From: Octopus sinensis
Lineage: Eukaryota
DNA length: 26,010 nucleotides
Direction of reading: 5' to 3'
NCBI RefSeq assembly: GCF_006345805.1
Contig: NW_021835647.1
Span: forward strand, 1 to 26,010
A program made the translations under genes and the position numbers. The first letter of the stretch is position 1, and every line of letters begins with the position of its first letter. The notes under the pieces were generated by a model, which made no database searches, was not told the origin of the DNA, and saw only the letters and a program-made list of their open reading frames with translations. This document shows, piece after piece, positions 20,948 through 26,010 of the stretch.

Positions 20948-21130
20948 AAACCACAGGACTTACAAACACATATAACATACAGAAAATTGCACTACTAGGC
21001 ACTGCACACATCCTACGCAGAACACTTTCCATACAGTAACCATCAGAGCATCACAACAAATCACAGCACATACCCAGCGCACACAGAGCTGCGCTCGGTA
21101 ATGAAGTGAAAGCACGCTATAAAAAGAAAA
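20948..21130 (+). mobile_element. Second short (~185 bp) copy of the Dong-like 3' end
   Basis: Nearly identical to 20441-20630, with the same 5' start. Confidence 0.9.
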
Positions 21131-21589
21131 ATAATAATAATAAGGATGGCGATGATGATGTTAATTTCTTTATTGACAAAAGAGGCGCAAAACGAAGTAC
21201 GATTAATACTAATTAAACGGGCAAACAGCAAACTAATCACCACTATATTTGCACAGCACTCATTCAGCAGAATTGTACATTAAGTATGCATGTACAAACG
21301 ATACATTAAACTCCTTTTGTGTGTGTGTCTATGTATTTATGTGTCACCTTTCTGTGTAGTCATTGAGAAATTGTTTCTCTCCGTATACATATGATAAAAC
21401 TTATCGATAAGTGCAGCTTGATAACGTAGACACACCCTAACTTATTACAAGGCTTACACCTTCCACCCGTACACAAATAATACATGTATAAATCACATTC
21501 GTTCGATTTTCTATAGTTGCATATACACCTAAGCGTGCATGTGCATAGCAGCTTATGTGTATGTGTGTGTATCTGTGTCTGTAAATATA

Positions 21590-21830
21590 TATATATATGT
21601 ATGTATGCATGTATGTATGCATGTATGTATGTATGTATGTATGTATGTATGTATGTATGTATGTATGTATGTATGCATGTATGTATGCATGTATGTATGT
21701 ATGTATGTATGTATGCATGTATGTATGTATGTATGTATGTATGTATGTATGTATGCATGTATGTATGCATGTATGTATGCATGTATGTATGTATGTATGT
21801 ATGTATGTATGTATGTATGTATGTATGTGT
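21590..21830. repeat. (TATG)n array with TGCA variants
   Basis: Visible. Confidence 0.95.
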
Positions 21831-22165
21831 AATGGTTACATATGTTACATATATACATGCATGTGTGTTTGTATATATATATATATATACATATATACAA
21901 ATACACATGCATGTATATACATGCATAATTATATATACATGTGTGTGTGTGAGTGTGTGTGCATGTGTGCATGTGTGCGTGCGTATAGTCAAAATAGTTG
22001 AAAATGCATTGAGAATAGTTTAAATATTTTTTAAATATTTGAAGCTTTAACCGGTTTCACAGTTTACACTGATTTTCAAAAAGTTCAAATAGAAAGACAT
22101 GGCTTACATTACAACTGTCTTGCTTCTGACTAGTGTTTGGAGCTTGTCCTGTTTTTATAGGGCAA

Positions 22166-23095
22166 CTTTACCATGGCATACAGTGAAACTCAACTATCAT
22201 TCCTGAATATATTAATAATCAAAAGAGATAAAATCATTGAAGCAGATATTCACAACAAACAGATTCTAAACAATACTTACTAATCTCCTCGTACCATTCC
22301 AAACGCACTAAGAATAATATTAATCTAGCAAGAAGAATCTGCACAATTGTCTCAAACCCTGAAACTCGCAATAAAAGACTCCAGGAACTAAAACAAGTAA
22401 TACTTAAAAGACAATATCCATTAATGTTAATAGACAACGGAATACAATGTGCCAAAGCAATAAATATCGAAGAACTACGAAAAACGCTCCAGATGCATCC
22501 AATAATTTACCCTTTATTACAACACACAACCCAAGAAACACAGAGGTTTACAATATTATCCCCCAGAACATTCCACTACTAAAACAAGACCCAAGAATGA
22601 AACAAGAATTCGAAATAAACAAAATAATCAAAAGTAAAAGACAAAGTCCCTCCAAAAAATCCTCACGAGTGCTAAATTACCTTCCACAATTCCTACACCA
22701 ACAGTAAAAAATGTGGCCGCCCCAATTGCGGGACCTGCATCAATTTTTATAGACAGACAAACAACAATTCAAATTAGGGCTTACGTTTTACCCTAATATA
22801 AATCACGTTCTTCAAGTAATTTAATATACGCTATCAAATGTCAAGGATATAATGAAAATTACATAGGTCAAACAAATCTTACTCTAAGAAATAGACTGGG
22901 CATTCACCGACAACAAATACGTGACCCCAGTGCTAGACAGATCCCATTGAATGGTCACAGACATATGCACAAAAAATAGGTCTCCCAAATTCTAGGTCTT
23001 CCCACTCTACCTATGTTCAGCGAATACCACAGATGAAGTACTGATAAACAAAAAAAAAATACTTTCATACAAAAGCACACACCATACAAGTAACT
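22166..23095 (+). mobile_element. Degenerate Penelope-like element (RT thumb, linker, GIY-YIG endonuclease)
   Basis: Translates to FTMAYSETQLSFLNILI, KQTDSKQYL...NLARRICTIVSNPETRNKRLQELK, LPFITTHNPRN, KCGRPNCGTC and NLIYAIKC...NYIGQT...LRNRLGIHRQQI. Frameshifts are present. Confidence 0.88.
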
Positions 23096-23353
23096 ATTCA
23101 CACACAAAATTCATTCTGCCACTTATGATGAGGAACCTACAACGCTAACAACCTAAATTTTGACCATTGGACTACATACAAACGACTCCTGTCCTTTCTC
23201 CCTCCAGACAAATCAAATTTGGTCTGTCTTGATTATAATTAAATACGTTCCCTCGACCGTGTCGGCCCTCTTTTTAGGCGCAAAATATGCTGTCACGTGA
23301 CACTAACGCACGGACGCAGCAGAAAATGTACAAAAGGTAATAAACATAATCAT

Positions 23354-23748
23354 GGCGCAGGAGTGGCTGTGTGGTAAGGAGCTTGTTTACCAACCACATG
23401 GTTCCGGGTTCAGTCCCACTGCGTGGCACCTTGGGCAAGTGTCTTCTACTATAGCCCCGGGCCGACCAAAGCCTTGTGAGTGGATTTGGTAGACGGAAAC
23501 TGAAAGAAGCCCGTCGTATATATGTATATATATATATGCGTGTGTGTGTTTGTGTGTCTGTGTTTGTCCCCCTAGCATTGCTGGTGTGTTTATGTCCCCG
23601 TTACTTAGCGGTTCGGCAAAAGAGACCGATAGAATAAGTACTGGGCTTACAAAAGAATAAGTCCCGGGGTCGAGTTGCTCGATTAAAGTCGGTGCTCCAG
23701 CATGGCCGCAGTCAAATGACTGAAACAAGTAAAAGAGTAAAAAGAGTA
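23354..23748 (+). mobile_element. Young full-length SINE type C (C2) with a 14-bp internal deletion
   Basis: GGCGCAGGAGTGG...AAAGAGTAAAAAGAGTA. Confidence 0.94.
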
Positions 23749-23859
23749 TGGGTTCATTCTCTACAAACACTTGACAGAAAACATTCAGAATATGACTGAA
23801 ACGCGTGAAAGAATGTGTGTGCGTATGCGTGTGCATGTGTGTGCCTGTGTGTGCATGAC

Positions 23860-23978
23860 GAGCTGCTTCCACACACTTTCCGTTAACCGCAGGTTACTCG
23901 CAAGACACTGATCGGTCCGGGAGTATAGTAGAAGACACTTGCCAAAAACATCGTGCTGTGGAATTGAACCGTATAGGC
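23860..23978 (-). mobile_element. Eroded SINE type C fragment
   Basis: TATAGTAGAAGACACTTGCC...GGAATTGAACC. Confidence 0.65.
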
Positions 23979-24264
23979 GTGTGTATGTGTTGGTGTAATA
24001 TAAATACATATACACGTATGTAACATGCGTGTGTGTGTGTGTGTATATGTATATTTGCAAGTGTAGTATAACAGTGTGTATGTGTGAGTACGCGGGCGTG
24101 TACATTAAATGTGGCTGAGTTGGTTCGTTTCACAAGTGTGACGTCACCGATTCACAACGACTACGTTGTAACTTGAACAATTTGGAGTCAATCCAATCAC
24201 TTTGAGAGAGAAACTACGCGGATGAAAACCAGTGCAGAAAGCCATATGTGTTGTACCTGTAACA

Positions 24265-24566
24265 TCACCGTGGATCACCGTGACCGACCAGGCAATCAGA
24301 TGTTGCTACACATCGCTGGTCATAATGCGCTTCGCATTGTTTTGGCCTCCAAATGACGCCACCCCGCTGACTAAGCGAGCAGGCCAACAGAAGAAAGAGT
24401 GAGAGAAAGAGTGGTGAAAGAGTACAGCAGGGATCGCCACCACCCACTGCTGGAGACTCGCGGAGCTTTAGATGTTTTCGCTTAATAAACACTCACAATG
24501 CCCAATCAGGGAATTGAAACCGCGATCCTACGACTGCGTGTCTGCTGCCCTAACCATTGCGCCTCC

Positions 24567-24567
<1 letters not shown>
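24265..24567 (-). mobile_element. SINE type A-beta with an 8-bp deletion in the A-box region
   Basis: Colinear with 24612-24919; reads TAACCA|TTGCG, lacking CTAGGCCA. Confidence 0.9.
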
Positions 24568-24601
<34 letters not shown>

Positions 24602-24611
24602 TATATTATAT

Positions 24612-24919
24612 ATCACCATGATCACGTGACCGACCAGGCTATTAGATGTTGCTACACATCGCTGGTCACAATGCGCCTCGCATTCTTTTAGCCTTCAAAT
24701 GATGCCACCCCGCTGGCTAAGTGAGCTGGCCAACAGAAGAATGAGTGAGAGAAAGTTGTGGTGAAAGAGTACAGCAGGGATCGCCACTACCCCCTACCGG
24801 AGCCTCGTGGAGCTTTAGATGTTTTCGCTCAATAAACACTCACAACGCCAGGTCTGGGAATCGAAACCGCAATCTTACGACCGCGAGTCCGCTGCCCTAA
24901 CCACTGGGCCATTGCGCCT
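24612..24919 (-). mobile_element. Full-length SINE type A-beta
   Basis: Intact tRNA head with A-box and B-box motifs, the shared body, and a beta tail ending in (ATCACGTG)-like repeats. Confidence 0.92.
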
Positions 24920-25086
24920 ATACACACACACACACACACACACACGCAGTAACTCATTAATGTAAAATTGTCTTTATTATAACTGAGAAAACATACACAC
25001 ATATGCATTCATTCATCCATCCATCCATATATATATATGCATAGATGGACACCAAACAGCTATATATATATATATGTATATATATA

Positions 25087-25490
25087 TACTCTTTTTACTC
25101 TTTACTCTTTTACTTGTTTCAGTCATTTGACTGCGGCCATGCTGGAGCACCACCTTTAATCGAGCAACTCGACACCGGGACTTATTCTTTTGTAAGCCCA
25201 GTACTTATTCTATCGGTCTCTTTTGCCGAACCGCTAAGTAACGGGGACATAAACACACCAGCATCAGTTGTCAAGCAATGAGGGGGACAAACACAAACAC
25301 ACACACACACATATATATACATATATACGACGGGCTTCTTTCAGTTTCCGTCTACCAAATCCACTCACAAGGCTTTGGTCGGCCCGAGGCTATAGTAGAA
25401 GACACTTGCCCAAGGTGCCACACAGTGGGAATGAACCCGGAACCATGTGGTTGGTAAACAAGCTACTTACCACACAGCCACTCCTGCGCC
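25087..25490 (-). mobile_element. Young full-length SINE type C (C2)
   Basis: Its reverse complement is nearly identical to 23354-23748. Confidence 0.94.
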
Positions 25491-25661
25491 TATATATATA
25501 AAATATATATATATAAAATATTATTGGTTTTGTCTCTAATAATATTTTATAATATTTTACTATAAAATTGGATTTAATACTAATCGATTTTTTTTTTCCC
25601 TGTAATTTGGATTTATTCCCTAATATGATATTTTTATATATATAAATATAATATATAATAT

Positions 25662-25701
<40 letters not shown>

Positions 25702-25702
25702 A

Positions 25703-25743
25703 CGCAGAGGTGGCTATGTGATATGAGGTTTGCTTCCCAACCA
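25703..25743 (+). mobile_element. SINE type C head remnant
   Basis: CGCAGAGGTGGCTATGTGATATGAGGTTTGCTTCCCAACCA resembles the C head. Confidence 0.55.
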
Positions 25744-25786
25744 CACACACACATACATACATATATATATATATATATACATATAT

Positions 25787-26010
25787 CAAATGCGCCATTT
25801 TAAAGCCTAGCCAGGTTCATGGGCCCGGCTTTCCGGTTTCTATGGCGTATGTGTTCCCTAGCTGAACGGGACGCCAGTCCATCGCAGCGTTACTCATTTT
25901 TGCCAGCTGAGTAGACTGGAGCAACGTGAAATGAAGTGTTTTGTTCAAGAACACAACGCGTCGCCCGGTGCGGGAATCGAAACCACAATCTTACAATTAT
26001 GATGCTGACA
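25787..26010 (-). mobile_element. SINE type E (V-domain-like), running off the window end
   Basis: Minus strand: GGTTTCGATTCCCGCACCGGGCG...GCTGCGATGGACTGGCGTCCCGTTCAG...; homologous to 15375-15630. Confidence 0.85.

Larger units (their letters stand above)
18879..21143. repeat. (TAA)n array fragmented by insertions (18879-18940, 19399-19503, 20349-20440, 20631-20947, 21131-21143)
   Basis: Visible; all segments share the same polarity. Confidence 0.95.

Noticed and set aside
19399-21143. Regularly spaced repeats separated by other sequence, superficially CRISPR-like
   Set aside because: The DNA is eukaryotic, the spacers are retroelement fragments and the repeats are (TAA)n; no cas genes are present.
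23095-23340. Expected hammerhead-containing pLTR after the Penelope-like ORF
   Set aside because: Only TATGATGAG was found, without the required stems; not supportable.
16978-24150. Short palindromic motifs (ACCTGTACAGGT at 16978, GTCACGTGAC at ~23297, GTGACGTCAC at ~24138) as E-box or CRE sites
   Set aside because: Isolated 10-12-mers with no promoter context; expected occasionally by chance.

Overview
This is AT-rich, microsatellite-dense eukaryotic non-coding DNA, probably intronic or intergenic. The repeat repertoire looks like that of a coleoid cephalopod, most likely Octopus (inferred from recalled family sequences, not a search). I can support no intact host gene, and almost all long ORFs in the track are (TATG)n, (CA)n, (CTT)n or (AAT)n artefacts. 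The window is a transposon mosaic. It contains at least five tRNA-headed SINE types (my labels A-alpha, A-beta, C, D and E) in more than 20 copies or fragments. There is a pol-less Ty3/Gypsy element with LTRs, PBS, gag and protease (8484-10029), and one or two Helentron-associated HINE/DINE-1-like elements (10.4-11.5 kb). Other remnants are a DD37D (maT) Tc1/mariner 3' end (11.9-12.5 kb), an RTE LINE 3' end (4.4-4.7 kb) and two Penelope-like GIY-YIG fragments (8.1 and 22.2-23.1 kb). Five co-oriented elements sit in one (TAA)n array (17.5-21.1 kb), four of them clearly R4/Dong-like RLE retroposon sequence. The most notable points are that TAA-array cluster (with two ~190-bp copies sharing a 5' end), a degenerate type I hammerhead ribozyme (1303-1347, minus strand), SINE module swapping with a free tail module, and close inverted SINE pairs. 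All alignments and translations were done by eye, so coordinates are approximate unless a TSD is given.
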